NCBI GenBank assembly: GCA_013265495.1
Contig: MU061578.1
Location: 443,308-507,307 of the forward strand
DNA from: Vicugna vicugna
Lineage: Eukaryota
DNA length: 64,000 nt
Direction: 5' to 3'
In this document: in pieces, positions 13,089 to 26,127 of the stretch
Layout of the letters: every line of letters starts with the position of its first letter
How positions within the stretch are numbered: position 1 is the first letter of the stretch
The notes under the pieces: model-generated
What the model was told of the DNA's origin: nothing
The model's database searches: none
What the model saw: the letters and a program-made list of their open reading frames with translations, nothing else
Position numbers and translations under genes: made by a program

Positions 13089-14572
13089 TAGTTTAAAAAA
13101 TGTATATCCTAGAAACCTCTTAAATATTGTTAGTACCTTTGCTTCAGAAGAATATTTTTTAAAAAACAATTGGAAACATCCAGCAAATCCAACAATAGGT
13201 AAACAGGTAAATTAATTGTGGCATACTTATACACTGGAATACCATGGAGAGGTAAAGTAAACAAACACTATTTATATATAAAATAGATACATCTCACAAG
13301 ACACTTTCAGCACAACGTAAAACAAGAACAAATATTAAAATAATATGTACTGTATGATTTTATTTACATAAGGCTCCCAAACATGAAAAGTAAATAATAT
13401 GCTGCATAAGCAGTAGCTGGTAAAACTTTACAGAAAAGCTAAGACATGATATCCACAAAATTTAGGAGATGGTTACCTTTAGGCTCAATATAGGTGGAAG
13501 ACAAGGAAGACTTCAGAAATACCGGTAATATTCTTTCCACTTTGTCAACTGATTGGCACATTGTGATACATTATATTATTTTAATAACTTGTAAATCAAT
13601 AATATACTTATTTATTCATGAAATATTACATAATTTTTTCAAATGGAGGAAGGACTAGTTAGGTAATTCTGTGGCCTTCTCATAGTACTCATTTTTCCAA
13701 TCAATTACATTTTTGGTAAATATCAGAACTTTGAAACCAAGTCAATTTTTCCCACTCTGGCTTTCTGAGACCATGGGATGCCTAATGAATGGACAACCAG
13801 ACCACTTATCTTGTCACTTAGAGATCTTTTATTTAGATTCAAATCTTCTTTAATCAAGGCATGCCCTCCATGAATTGAAATCCCTTGAAAGCCATGCTGG
13901 TTATAAAAATAGGCCATGAATTGTTCCTTTGAACAAAGTTCATTTATAATGACCTACAGAAATGATACTTTCCCTCAACTGTCCTTTGATAATGAAGTAG
14001 GCCTTTCTCACTCAGCTGATTAAAGCTAGGGGATTGAATATTCCTGAAGACACAACGTCTGTTGCCCTACAGAAATGGACACTTTTTCTAACCAGAATGG
14101 TTAATGCTGAAATTGTTCTTTTCCTCTGATGAGTCCCTTTCAATGTCACATTAGTTATTTCACAGAGTGAACGGTTCGGTTTCTGGTGGTCTCCACTTGT
14201 TCTGATGGTGAAGGTGTTCTCAGGCCTGAGATGGAATTGGTGTGTCATGTTTTATCAGGGACAGGACAGGAAATCTCCCTCTTGGCCACTTGGGTTGATC
14301 TTTCTGAATGCTGCCTGGAGGACTTTAGGATGGTTCTGAATTATCTGGTTTAGTGTAACCAAAATTAAATACTGCTACTTCCTGCCAAAGTTGAAGACTA
14401 GAAGTAAATCTTAGCTTTTGGCTGCCCGGCACAACTCAGCAAGTCCTCATCTTTGGGAGGATTTAGAGCTATTCACGTAGGAGGCTTTTGTGGTGTGCCG
14501 TGCACGAGGAAGGTAAACTCCGTTATTAGTCCGTTTCGGTGTTTCAGCATGCTAATATGAGGTATCCACAAA

Positions 14573-14758
14573 GCTCAGTGTTGTGGGTTCTCTGGGTACA
14601 CATCAGAATCACTTGGGGACTTAAAAAAAAAAAAAGATGCCCAGCGTACATCCCAGATCAACTGTAATGGACCCGTGAGGGTGAGGTTTAGATACTGGTG
14701 GTGTATTTTACATTTCCTATAGGTGATTCAAATATGCAGCCAGGGTTGAAAACAACCT
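14573..14758. mobile_element. MER5-family hAT MITE
   Basis: 'cacatcagaatcacttgggga...aggtgattcaaatatgcagccagggttgaaaac'. Confidence 0.8.
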
Positions 14759-14789
14759 TTGAAGTCAAATCAGATCCACTTTAGCAATT

Positions 14790-14960
14790 AGCAGCTTGGT
14801 TTTCCAATAAAGCCTGATGACTAGTTTCCTTATCCCTAAAAGTGGCTAACAATGGTATCGAGCTCATCAGTTTGTTGCAAAGATTAAATGAGATAATCTG
14901 TATAGTGGATTTAGGACAGTGCTTGGCGACTTAAATTATTCAATAAGTGAGGCTATTGCT
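14790..14960 (+). mobile_element. MIR SINE
   Basis: 'agtttccttatccctaaaagtgg...gttgcaaagattaaatgagataatctgtat...acagtgcttggc'. Confidence 0.75.
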
Positions 14961-15522
14961 GTGAGGCTTGTTTCATGAATATTCACCGCAGAGGGGCAGA
15001 GAAGAGAGAAGACCCTGCCATCGGCCAGGCTCCAGAGGAGACTTGAGTTCCTAGTCCTTCTTGATAAAAGCCAAGTGCTCTTCCTCTGTGGCTTTATTCT
15101 CCCACGCTGGGGCCTCTTTCACAGGACGTGCGGGAGACGTCACACTCTTCAGATCCACATGTGAATTCTCACGGTTGTGTTCTTCCCACATCAACAGGCT
15201 TTCCAGAGGAAACTCTGAAAATGAGAAGGCTTGGACTAACCCAAAAGGTCTGGTGGAAAAGTTTAACTGTCCTTGGCATCCTTCCAATCCAGACAGAACT
15301 CCTGGAAATATTTCATCTCTGAAAATAAAAATCAATTTAGCAGACACGAAGATCACGTAGTATTCACAGACATGCCATTTTTCTTTGCACGTAATTCCCC
15401 CTGATGCTGCTAAAAGGTTCGGTTGTCAGCTGCAAGATGGAGGAAACTTTTTTTTTTTCTGAGATAAATTATGAATTGGCTCCCACTCTGTCAGCCCAGT
15501 GCTAATATGTCACCAGCCATGA

Positions 15523-15549
15523 AGGTCAGGCATAGTTCACTTCAGTTCA
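15523..15549 (+). promoter_or_regulatory. Candidate composite nuclear-receptor element: DR5 (RARE-type) overlapping DR4
   Basis: AGGTCA-ggcat-AGTTCA-cttc-AGTTCA; three consensus RGKTCA half-sites. Function untested. Confidence 0.6.
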
Positions 15550-15564
15550 CTTGCCCCCAAGGTA

Positions 15565-15820
15565 GGACAGAATGGTTAACAGCACAGGATTTCCATTACA
15601 GAGATTCAACTTGTGGTGGTGCCCTGGTCTTAATAAGGTGAGAAATGGCAAGTTACTTCATCTCTTGGTGCTTCCATGTTCTCATCTGTACAATGGGGGT
15701 AATATTACCTACCTCACATGGTCTTCATAAGAAGTCAACAAACTAATAATTTCTAAAGGTGTTTTTTTTTTTTTTACAGTGTTTGGTATTTAAAGAGGAC
15801 TCAGTGCATTGTTGCTGTTA
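15565..15820 (+). mobile_element. MIR SINE
   Basis: 'aatggttaacagcacagg...ggcaagttacttcatctcttggtgcttccatgttctcatctgtacaatggggg'. Confidence 0.8.
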
Positions 15821-16364
15821 AGGACATTGTTAGTAATTTCAAGAAAACAACTGAGATTTAAAGTTGTGTGTGCTCTATGCCTGCAAGCAGATATGCATTC
15901 CAGTTCCACTGATACTTGAAGAAACATACTATATGTGGGAAACCAACTTAAACCCAGGATGCAAGGAATTATATATTTTTTTTCCTGGCAACTTAGAACA
16001 AAATGCCCACATTTATATATTTAAAGTGGTCGTGGATGGGATGCTGGCTAGGTGTGATTCAGAAAGGCTGGTTCCATTCCTGGTTCTCACAATAATTAGC
16101 TATGTAACCCTAGGCAAGTACTTTTTATTTTTCTCAGCCTGTTTCCTTGGTGACGACGTGTATATCCAGGGTGGAGTAGATGTAAGGTCAAACCCTGTTT
16201 GACAGTGCTTTGAAAACGTTCATATTTAGGGAATCAATGCTGGCTTCATAGAATAGCTCAAGAGAGATCCTTCTGCATGGGGTTATCTGAGCGACTGCTG
16301 ATAAAGACCAAGCCTATTGCCCTGTTATTTAAGTGTTAAGACTGCAAAACCAAAGGACAGGGAC

Positions 16365-16925
16365 TTTGTCTGCTCTAGTCTTGTTAACCTCCATTTGTTG
16401 CCGAGAACCACCCCCTGTCCATCTCCATCTTGCTTTGAGCACCGAAAACACAAAGAAACTATGTGTATGGAGAGGCTGCTCCAAGTGGATTCCTTGCTTT
16501 CTAGACCCTAGATCAGTTGAGCCGATGGCAGGAACTGGTAGGAAGCTATTAGGAAATTATATAGCGAGAAGAGAGAGATCACAGTATTTACTCCCAGGTC
16601 GCCCTCCTGCGGGACTGTGGTGTACCACAGCGCAGTGCTCCGTAGTATGGCAGACGTCCTCTGTCCAAGGTCATGTCTTCCGTCCGGCAGTCTTATTATA
16701 CAGCCAGCGACAGCTCTCACCAGGCTTGGCAACTCCTTTCTTTACTTGTCCCTAGGAAAGTAATCTAGGGGTGATAAAGGCATGCCCTTCACTGCGAGCT
16801 TCAGGATACTTCTCCATCCCTTGTCAATATCCCACACCTTATAAGGCGTTCATTCATTAAACCCCCTTTGATCGTCTTTTCTGAATACATCATCTGTTTT
16901 TATGCCAGGGCCACACTCAATACCA
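16365..16925 (+). mobile_element. LTR33-like ERVL solo LTR
   Basis: 3' end 'ttcattaaaccccctttg...catctgtttttatgccagggccacactcaata' and internal 'gccgatggcaggaactggtagga' resemble LTR33. Confidence 0.65.
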
Positions 16926-17189
16926 TGATTTATTTAACACCTGCAAAATTCCTTGTATTTAGTAGGCATTCAAGACCTGCTTTTAAAACGACCCTTAACT
17001 TATGACGAAATCACCATCTCTGAATTTGACGAATATACCCTTCAGCAGAAACAAAGTTGCCAAGATCATGCATTTCTTTCCCTGGGATACAACCCCCCTT
17101 CACCCGCCCTCATTTTTTCATTCAACCTCCAACTACTAAAACTCTATTAACTGTCAAGAATTACTTAAAATTCAGAATTGATATATTTT

Positions 17190-18730
17190 TTAAAATTAAG
17201 AAGAAAACTGTATTTTATATTCACCTAAATATTTACCAATGTTCATCCTTCCTGAAGAACTGAGTTACCAACTGGTATAATTTTCTCTCAACCTGAGGCA
17301 TTTCCTTCAACATTTACTATACTCCGTATCTGTTCAACAAATTCTCTTAGCTTCCTTTTATCTAAAAACATATTTAATTCATCTTAATTTTTGAAGGATT
17401 TTTTTAAGGAATTCTGGATTGATAGTTTTGATTTTTTCCTTTGCTCCACCATCTTCTGAAATCTGTTGCTTCTAATAAGAAATCAACAATAATTCTCCTG
17501 CATGTAGTGTGTTGCTTTGTCAGGCTGCTTTCAAGATTCCTTCTTTATCTTTTCTGTTCACAGTTTGATTTTGATGTGTCTGGATGTCTGGATGTGGTAT
17601 TCTTTATATTTACTTTAGATGGATTTCGCTAAACTTCTTTGATCTGTAAATATATATTTTTCCAAATTCAAAAAGCTTGTAGACATTATTTCTTCAAAAA
17701 AAATCACGCCCTATTCCTTTTCTCCTCTCCTTCTGGAACTCAAGTTAAACATACATTAGATATTTTAATATTGTTCCACAGATGATTGGAGCTCTGTTCA
17801 TTTCTTCAGTCTTTCATTTTTCTGTTTTTCTGAGTGGATGCTTTTCCCTGATCTATATTCAACTTCACTGACTTTTCTCTGTCGTCTCCAATACAACTGT
17901 TAAGTCCATCCAGTGAATTTTAATTTCAAATGTTGTATTTTTTTTTAGTTCTAAAATATCAATTTGTTTCTAAGACTTTATAAATCCTTGCTGACATTTA
18001 TATCTTTTCATTTATTATTAACATAGTTTTATTTTCATCATTGAGTATATACGCAATAGGGATTTTAAAATAATTTTCAGCGCTAGCCAATCTGTTGAGC
18101 ATTTCAGGCTGGTCTCTTCTGATTGCCTACTTTTTAAGAATCAATCACATTTCCCTTTTTGGTATGGATCTTGCAAATGTTTGTGTTATTGAGACTTTAA
18201 ATTCTGTTATGTTCGTCTAAAGTATGTTGATTTATCTTTCAATGTTAGCAGAAAATCAACTTGGTTGGACTCAAACTCCAAACTCTACCTTTTGAGGGGC
18301 AACTCAAACTCAGTTCATTTATTTCACTTTTAGGTTGGTCATTTGTAGCCTTCCCTGTGCATGGGTGGTTCAGTGACCAGTCAGATATTCAGGCAAAATT
18401 CATAAACAAAATCTAATGCCCTCCCTCTCCTGTTCAGGAAATCCTCCCTCACTTTTCAGATGCTGTGATTGCCTCAGACTCTGTCCTCTAATTTGTCAGG
18501 CACGACACGCTGTGGGCGCAGCCACCCAAAACGACACAGAAGGATGCCTGCCACCAGCTATAAGCTGTGAAGATGGGAAACTCACCCAGAGTAATTCCCT
18601 TTTTTCAAACGATGATTTCTTTAAGAATCTGCCTGCTTTTACACTCCCAAGTGCTTTAATGTAGTCGTGTTTTTACTTTGTTCAAAGTTTACAGTTTTTA
18701 TTTTGGGGAAGCTTTCTAAATCATACTGGA
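17190..18730 (-). mobile_element. Old L1M 5'/ORF1-region remnant
   Basis: T-rich antisense L1 motifs 'caaattctcttagcttcc', 'cattatttcttcaaa', 'ctctccttctggaactc', 'ccatccagtgaattttaatttca'. Confidence 0.75.
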
Positions 18731-20197
18731 AGCCAAAGTGAAGTTTATTCTCTTTAATTTTTAATATGACCTTGTGTTTAAAGGTGTTAACAGGGTCATG
18801 GATTCAGCCAAAATACAAACCAAAAATTACAACCTCATTTGATAAGGGCAGAGGGCCTATCCTAGAAAGCATGCTTAAAATATTAGTGTAGCATTTAATT
18901 TTATTGCACAAGTAATTTGGAAACCTAATGATGGTTCTTTATCTTTATCTCTATCAAAAACGTGCCTCTAAATTTAAAGAAGACCAACTCATATCTCAGC
19001 ATCTCCAGTCCTTCCAGTAAGAATGGAATATTCATCCGAAGGAGTTCCTTCATTGGAAGATGGTTTTGAAGTCTCATGTGTTACTTGAAAACCTCAACAA
19101 TTACTACAATAATAGCAAGCAGAACATTGCTACTTCTGTACCACTGCTGCTGGCTTTCTAGGATCTCTGCCATAGTAGATATTATAAAAATCCTTACCTT
19201 ACAGATAAGAAGATTAAGGTACGTGGAGGTAAAGCAATGCAAAAATTCAACCAGCTTGTTGGGCTGGATTCCAGATTCAAGTCTACGTTCTGATAGACAT
19301 AATGGAATCCTACTTTTACTTATGTTCTAGACATACTAAATCTCATTTAAAATGTATATTTGTCTAAATTTTTAATGCTGGATGAATTAATGAAATTCTA
19401 TCAAAGAAAGATCAATTGACATTTGAACTCAGGAGAGTTACTAAATGTGCCACTAATTTTCAGATCTTTTGACATGGACCAAACCATAAATCTGCACATC
19501 TGTGTAGCAGTAAGCAGAAGTTGACTGGCAGAAGTAAATCCAGTTCCCAGGAAGGAGGAGGAAGTTGCTGTTGAAAGTCTATCAGACCTTTTTGTAGACC
19601 TCATAAGAAATTCCATTATTCCAGAATTCTAACACGATTGAAAACCTAGGGCATCAGTCACTTTCAGAAGCTAATCATATTCTTAACAGCCAGAACAGTG
19701 TGACTTTGGCTCAAGATAGGTCAAACTTGTTTTTTTCCTTTTTGGTGTGGGTCGGGGCAGGACAGGGGGAGATTTAACTAGATTGAAAACAGCTATGAAT
19801 CTGAAACATACTTGAATAAAACTTGGCTACCAGTCCAACCTATATCTTCATTAGAAAGGTCATTTTCAAAGTCTCTTCATGTTTTATTTCAGCCGGTATA
19901 AAGAGACACCAGGCTATGGTTTCTCTCTAGCATTGTCTCATGTTAAAATTACCTTAGCATACATAGAGGGTATTTGTTGAATCCAGTTGAATTTGCTGTC
20001 TAGGAAGGATCAACCTGCACATCCAAAAGGAGTTGTCCAATACCTAGGTGCTGGAACCAGGAGAAAAGATACTGAGGAACTCAAAAATTATGCCTGTTTG
20101 TAGTTGCAGCAACACATTCTGGGCTAGCTATACACATAATGGCTTACATTGTTTATTTATATAATGAAGTAGCCTGTGAAATACTCAAGTCATTTCT

Positions 20198-20216
20198 TGA
20201 GTCATTTCACTTCCTG
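20198..20216 (-). promoter_or_regulatory. Candidate fused EICE/AICE immune enhancer motif
   Basis: Minus strand reads CAGGAAGTGAAATGACTCA = GGAAGTGAAA (ETS-IRF) overlapping GAAATGACTCA (AP1-IRF). Confidence 0.5.
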
Positions 20217-20670
20217 TGATGACCATCACAATCAAATGTTGCAGCAGTAGAGGAGACAAAAAGGAACATTATTAGATCTGGTGACTTCTTTTGAGTCTAG
20301 ATACAAAGCTGTATATATACTAGTATCAATGGAAAGTAATGCATGTAATTAACTGTATTAACTGTGTATATGTATCAGTTTTGCTGTAAAATAATCCAAT
20401 ATATATGTCTGGGACATATTTTATTTCCCTTCCTTTCATAGTAAAGGTGTGGGATATTTTCTTTCTCTCTTAAGTTCCCCCAACTTCCTTCTTGCTCTCA
20501 TTTCAACCTTGTTTCTTCCTGGCTTTTATCTCTGTACCATAAGCCACCATCCCAAGACATTGTTTATTGCACTGTGCCAGGTGCTAGAAATAGAACAGTT
20601 AAGGCCCTTTGTGGAGTTTATTCACTAGTGGTGGAAAAAGCCTATTTAACAAATATACAATTTAAGTGTG

Positions 20671-21199
20671 AATGTCCATCAACAGATGACTGGATAAAGA
20701 AGATGTGGTATAAATATACAATGGAATACTATTCAGCCACAAAAACCGACAACATAACGCCATTTGCAGCAACATGGATGTTCCTGGAGAATGTCATTCT
20801 AAGCGAAGTAAGCTAGAAAGAGAAAGAGAAATACTATATGAGATCACTCATATGCAGAATCTTAAAACACACACACACACACACACAAATACAAAACAGA
20901 AACAGACTCACAGACATAGAATACAAACTTGTGGTTGCCAAGGGGGTGGGGGGTGCGAAGGGACAGACTGGGATTTCAAAATGTAGAATAGATAAACAAG
21001 ATTATACTGTATAGCACAGGGAAATATATACAAGATCTTATGGTAGCTCACAGAGGCAAAAATGTGACAATGAATATGTATATGTTCATGTATAACTGAA
21101 AAATTGTGCTCTATACTGGAATTTGATACAACATTGTAAAATGATTATAACTCAATTAAAAATGTTAAAAAATAAAATAAAATAAACAAACAAACAAAA
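20671..21199 (+). mobile_element. Young truncated L1 3' end
   Basis: ORF2 end CPSTDDWIKKMWYKYTMEYYSA...ILSEVS, 3'UTR and A-rich tail; TSD acaatttaagtgtg / acaatttaaatgcg. Confidence 0.92.
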
Positions 21200-21698
21200 A
21201 CAATTTAAATGCGTAATTATAGACTTACCCATGGAATGACTGCTCTGTTAATCTTGTTAAAGTTACAGTTACAACTTAGAGAGCTGCATACCTATAGTGC
21301 TTATGTAGTTATAAAGTCACGTTATTTTGAAAATCTGTATCACCTTTAGCTTAATGACAACCATCTTCCAATTTAATGATTCTTTTTCACACACAAAACA
21401 CATGAACAAGTCCTCTATAAAAAATTATATTTTGATAGTACAGTCATTTTTCTTTCCATAAGAGTGTCTAGTTAGAGAATGTCATGTGCTCTGAGTTAGA
21501 GAATGAACTGTGCTCTGTGCTGGGATAAACCCCAAACCTTCTGCATATACCATGTGAGAGCAATAAAGAGGTACCATCTGAGATTAATCCATCTTTCACC
21601 CACAAGTGTTATTTCTATGTATTACAAGCACTCTTGTGTTTAGCTTTTATTTTGCTTTACATGTATTTTCTGTGCCATAACTTTAAAGTGCAGTTTGA

Positions 21699-21982
21699 CA
21701 AAACAGAAACGGACTCATAGATATGGAGAACAAACAAGTGCTTACCAGTGTGAAGAGGGAAGGGGAGGGGCTAGCTAGGAGTCATGGATTAAGAGGTACA
21801 AACTACTATGTATAAAATAGATAAGCAACAAGGATCTATTGTGCAGCACAGTGAGATACAGCCATTATGTTGCAATAACTTTAAATGGAGTATAATCTAT
21901 AAAAATGTTAAATCACTATGTTGTACACCTGAAACTAATACAATATTGTGAATCAACTCTAAGTCAATATAAAGAAAGGAAG
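21699..21982 (+). mobile_element. Truncated L1 3'UTR insertion
   Basis: Perfect 14-bp TSD aaagtgcagtttga (21685-21698 / 21983-21996); L1 3'UTR motif 'ttgtacacctgaaactaat'. Confidence 0.92.
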
Positions 21983-22439
21983 AAAGTGCAGTTTGAGTGA
22001 AAGATAACTATGAGTTTCCCCCAAATGTTAGAACACTGATACGGAAAAAAATAATTTCTCTTCCAAGAATGACTCTTCTCTCTAACCACCCGCTGGTAAA
22101 TTCTTTTTCTCCTTTGACCAGTGAAATTTCCATTCGGTTACATTTCACATGCAGACTATTTATTTTCAAACTATCGCTTACTTCTTACATTTTATATTAT
22201 TCCATTTCTATATATACATATACCTATATACATACATATATAGCTGTATATCTATGTTTTTAAAAACTAGACATGAAAATTCCTTATATATATTAATTTG
22301 GCACAGAACTCAAAATGATTTTTCCCATTAAAATTAAGGAGGTGCTTTATTTTTATTTGGCTTTTCAGTCAATGGTATGGCTTCAGACACTGAAGTTACC
22401 AAGTAAGGGGTAGGTGTACAGGAAATGCAGATTCTGAGA

Positions 22440-22970
22440 CCACGTGCCAAGGGAACTGCCTCAATCTCAGCGATCACAGGCAGTTCCCTGGAAGAAGTAC
22501 CACGTACGTGGAGACTTGAATAGTGAGTAGGATGTCAAGAGGAGAAGAGCAGAGGGAGAACGAAGGGAACATGCTTTCAGTCCTTTGGTGGAAGAGCACT
22601 TGGCCTGACCCCGGAACTGGGAGTACAGTGTAGAGTGAGGAAGTTAGTAAGGGGTAAGTCGGCACATGCTGAGGCTTGAGGGGCAATGGAAGCTGGTTAA
22701 CCCATGGCTTTGTTGATTACATGATCAGAGCAGTGGGAAGGGCTTCGTACAGCAGAAAATCAGGATCATATTTATTTCTCCAAAGGCTACGTTGGCTACC
22801 CTGTTCAGAATGAACTGGGGGAAAGTGACAGTGGACAGTGACTTAGAAAGAAGGCATGAGGGAGAGGTGATGGGGACTCAGATTAGACCTGCAACAGGGG
22901 TGATGGAGAAAACCAGATGAGACTGAAAGATGCTTTCTGATGTTTCATCAACATAAATTTCCAATTAATG
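22440..22970 (-). mobile_element. L2 LINE fragment
   Basis: Purine-rich antisense L2 pattern 'cagttccctggaagaagta...gagacttgaa...aaggctacgttggctaccctg...atgagggagaggtgatggggactcagattag'. Confidence 0.6.
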
Positions 22971-23079
22971 GCATATGAAGATAGAGAGGGAGATATTTAT
23001 GCTCACTTTCCCAAGGGTTTGAACTTTATCTTCAGAATCCAGGCTCATATTACTCTGGCTCCATCTGTCTATAAGTTGG

Positions 23080-23285
23080 CAGTGATAAGAGCAAGTGTTT
23101 ACTATATGTTTGGAGCTGTCCCAAGTGCTCTGTGTGCATTCTGTCGTATCCTTTTCACTACCTGTCTCTTTGTCTTATAATTTTCCACATCAAAGATAAC
23201 TTGGAGGAGGTCAGAAGACTGATTAGTGGGAGGATCTAAATTCAAACCCAGAAAATTTGACTTCAGAAAACACCCTTGTAACCTC
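23080..23285 (-). mobile_element. MIR SINE
   Basis: 'gtgtttactatatgtttggagctgtcccaagtgctc...attcaaacccagaaaatttgacttcag'. Confidence 0.65.
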
Positions 23286-23849
23286 AAATATATCGTCCAT
23301 CTCCAGCCTCCCATTCAAATAAAAACTTAACTATTGTGTTCTACTGCTTCAGGTAAAACTAAAATACGAACTGGCAGTTTTCTGTATTTTTCAACTATCC
23401 ATGTATTTCCTGTCTTTCAGAATCAAAGTTGATAACATGTTGGCTTGCACCTCCAAACACTGCAGTGCTGAGAAACCTCCAGCTCCTTAAATGTCATAGC
23501 TTCAAAACTCTGGGAAGCTGACTGCAAAGTGGGAATCCTTTGCTTGTGATGAGAGTGTTAAATTAATTCTTAGAGGAGTTTCTTGCTACTTCAAATAATT
23601 TCCAGCTGAAGAAAAATCCCCAAACACCCTGTCTTCTCCTTGATAAATTCAGCTGCAGAAAACAGAGGAATGTGCAAACATCCATGCTGACAATTTATCT
23701 TCACAATAGGCACTGAAGAAAGGTATGGATGACAATGATGACAACTGAGTGGAAACATTAGTCCATAACAGATCCGTTCTCAGTGTAAAACCATGACTTT
23801 CACGAACTCGGAGGTACAGAGAAAACACCATCCTGATATTTCTCAAATA

Positions 23850-23968
23850 AAGGAAAACTTTGCGTGGCCAAACTGGGACTTTTGAGAATTAACAGAGCCA
23901 TTAACTGGGAGGGAAAACACGTAAAAGCAGGACTCGTCTAGAGAAACCAGAATACATGGACAACCATA
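23850..23968. mobile_element. MER94-like hAT-Blackjack MITE
   Basis: 'ccaaactgggacttttgagaatt...gcaggactcgtctagagaaaccagaatacatggacaaccata' resembles MER94. Confidence 0.55.
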
Positions 23969-26127
23969 TACAGAACTAGTTTGGGGAAAAGAGGAGCATT
24001 TGGTCACCTTACGATCGGCTCGGTTGTATCACACCATCCTGTGGTTATGTCACAACTTTACCCCTCAGCAGACCTTTCCACTCAATGGAAAAGGCTCAAT
24101 CAGGCCAGAAAGGCACTCCTAACACCACAGTAGTTTTAGAGCTGATCAGCTGGAAGTCAAAGAAGAAACCAGAGACAGCAGAACTGACAGCAACCTTGTT
24201 TGCTCCTCAGTATCAAGGCTGGAAACTCGTGGCTCTTCCTCACCCATGTCTTGAAGAAGAGGGAATGATTCCTTTGACTCCTTATCCAGAAATGTCCCAA
24301 AGAGTTTGCTCCATTTCCATAATTACAACTCTCAGTATATTCCATGCCTCCCGTTCTCGCCAGTTTCGTATTCTTTCCCCCTTGACCACTGAGAAGTGAC
24401 ACCATGAAATCAGCGTTTGGACTGGAAACGGGGGGTTGGGGTTGGCGGGGGACACTCTGCCTTATTCTGAATGGAGAAAAGATTTCTATTTCTCCTTCCC
24501 TTACTATTAATATTAAGATACAACCACAGGGGTGGGCTAGGAGGGGGAGGCCAGGCTTTAGAATACATCTCTTTGCTGAATAAGTGACAAAAGTTAAAAA
24601 GCAGTAATTTAGGAAACTTACACGTGACAGTGGATGATGGATGGTAGCTGGCGAGGCTGCAAAATGAGAAACATTAAAATCGTATATGAGAATAGATCAA
24701 GCTCTGTACTCCAGTTTGTGTCAGCAAGTTTCTTTTGATATGTCAAGTCCTCCATAGGCCTGGAACTCCAGTCTACTTTGAAGATGGATTTTAAAAGGAA
24801 TATGTTTATGTTTAGGAACTTAAGAATGCCATGTGCGCCAAGGAGCCAGGGACAAAATCAAACCGAATGCGTTACTGTTTATTCGCTGTGAGATCTTCCC
24901 GTGCCTGGCACCCCGGGGCTCTGCGTCTGCTCAGAAGTCCTGGAGATCCTCTCAGGACCGGATCAGGAAGGCCTTCTGATCCCCACAGTAGGGTGCACTT
25001 CTGCCTCTCCAGAACCCTCAGCTCCCTGTTTGGACCTTTTTTGTGGCACCTGGCATTTTCTCCTTTGATACAGGTTTGCCCCTATCAGTGTCTTAACTTT
25101 CATGCTAACCTATGAGCTCCTCAAGGACAGGGGCTATGATGGGTTCATCTCTGCACAGGGCCTGGAAGAGAACCCCGTGGTTTTCAGTGTGTCTTAATGT
25201 TTCTCTGCCTTCCCATGGGTGCTAGCACCTCCTGTGGTCATAACCCCATACTTGGCCATATTTCTGTTACAGTCTTTATTCACCATGAACCAGTTATGCA
25301 TGTTTGTGCCCTTTATTCATCTTCCCTTCAGTGAGTTTCTTGAGGACAGAGAATATGTACTACTCTTGGGCATTCCAACAACCAGAGCAGGGCCTGAGCT
25401 ATAGCAGGCATTTGTTAGACACATGGATCAACCAATCAATGAATTAATCAATTCTAAACGCTTCACCTCTCCGTAGCCTGTGGGTCCACGGACCAGGAAT
25501 TTTGTCTCTAAGTTGCTGTTTGTCCTAGAATGAATATATTCTTTCTGTAAAGAGTGAATCACATGATCTCCAAGAGCCTTTCTACCACTATTAAATGCGC
25601 TATTGGCTAAATTCTTTGTCTCTGATAAAAGAAATAACAGCACTCTTACACTAGACGATTTTGCCCTTTATCTTTCGTTTATGTAAACACATCCATCATC
25701 ATGGTGATGCCACGTGGGGACTGAGGCTTGGAGAGGGAGAAGGAAGCACCTTCTAGCGGGAGGCTCTCAGTCTGTTCTCTCCTGTGGTCTCAAGGACAGA
25801 CTGAGAAGAAGCTGAACCTTCAAACTGGCTAAGAGTGCGACTTCTCACTGTCCTCCATCAAGCCTCCGAACAACAGATGCGGAACAGGGAACGGGAGGCG
25901 TGAAGGAAAGGGCAGGGGAGGGTCACAGTTTCACTCTTTCCTTCCCATCTGCCTAATCTACTCCATCTCATGAGTTTTTTTTTTTTTTTAAGATCATTGC
26001 CCCCCTTTGGTGTAACTTCTCAAAATGTGACATCATTCTCCAATCAAGCCTAGATTCAGTATTTTGGAAATCATTATCCAGATATTAAACAGTATCTCTT
26101 TATTATCTGTAGAGTGCTATTTCAGTG

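Larger units (their letters stand above)
11330..13635 (+). mobile_element. Old L1M (L1ME/L1MD-like) remnant, ORF2 fragments to 3' end
   Basis: ~11740-11945 is a degenerate copy of the ORF2 segment KEDLNKW...IPIK...ILKFIWK; further ORF2 C-terminal and 3'UTR pieces follow; split by MER8. Confidence 0.75.

Noticed and set aside
16333..16755. 140-aa ORF
   Set aside because: Lies within an LTR33-like element
19450..19515. Possible 46-nt plus-strand exon (ttttcag...GCA|gtaagc)
   Set aside because: Short pyrimidine tract, no partner exons and no recognisable peptide; expected by chance
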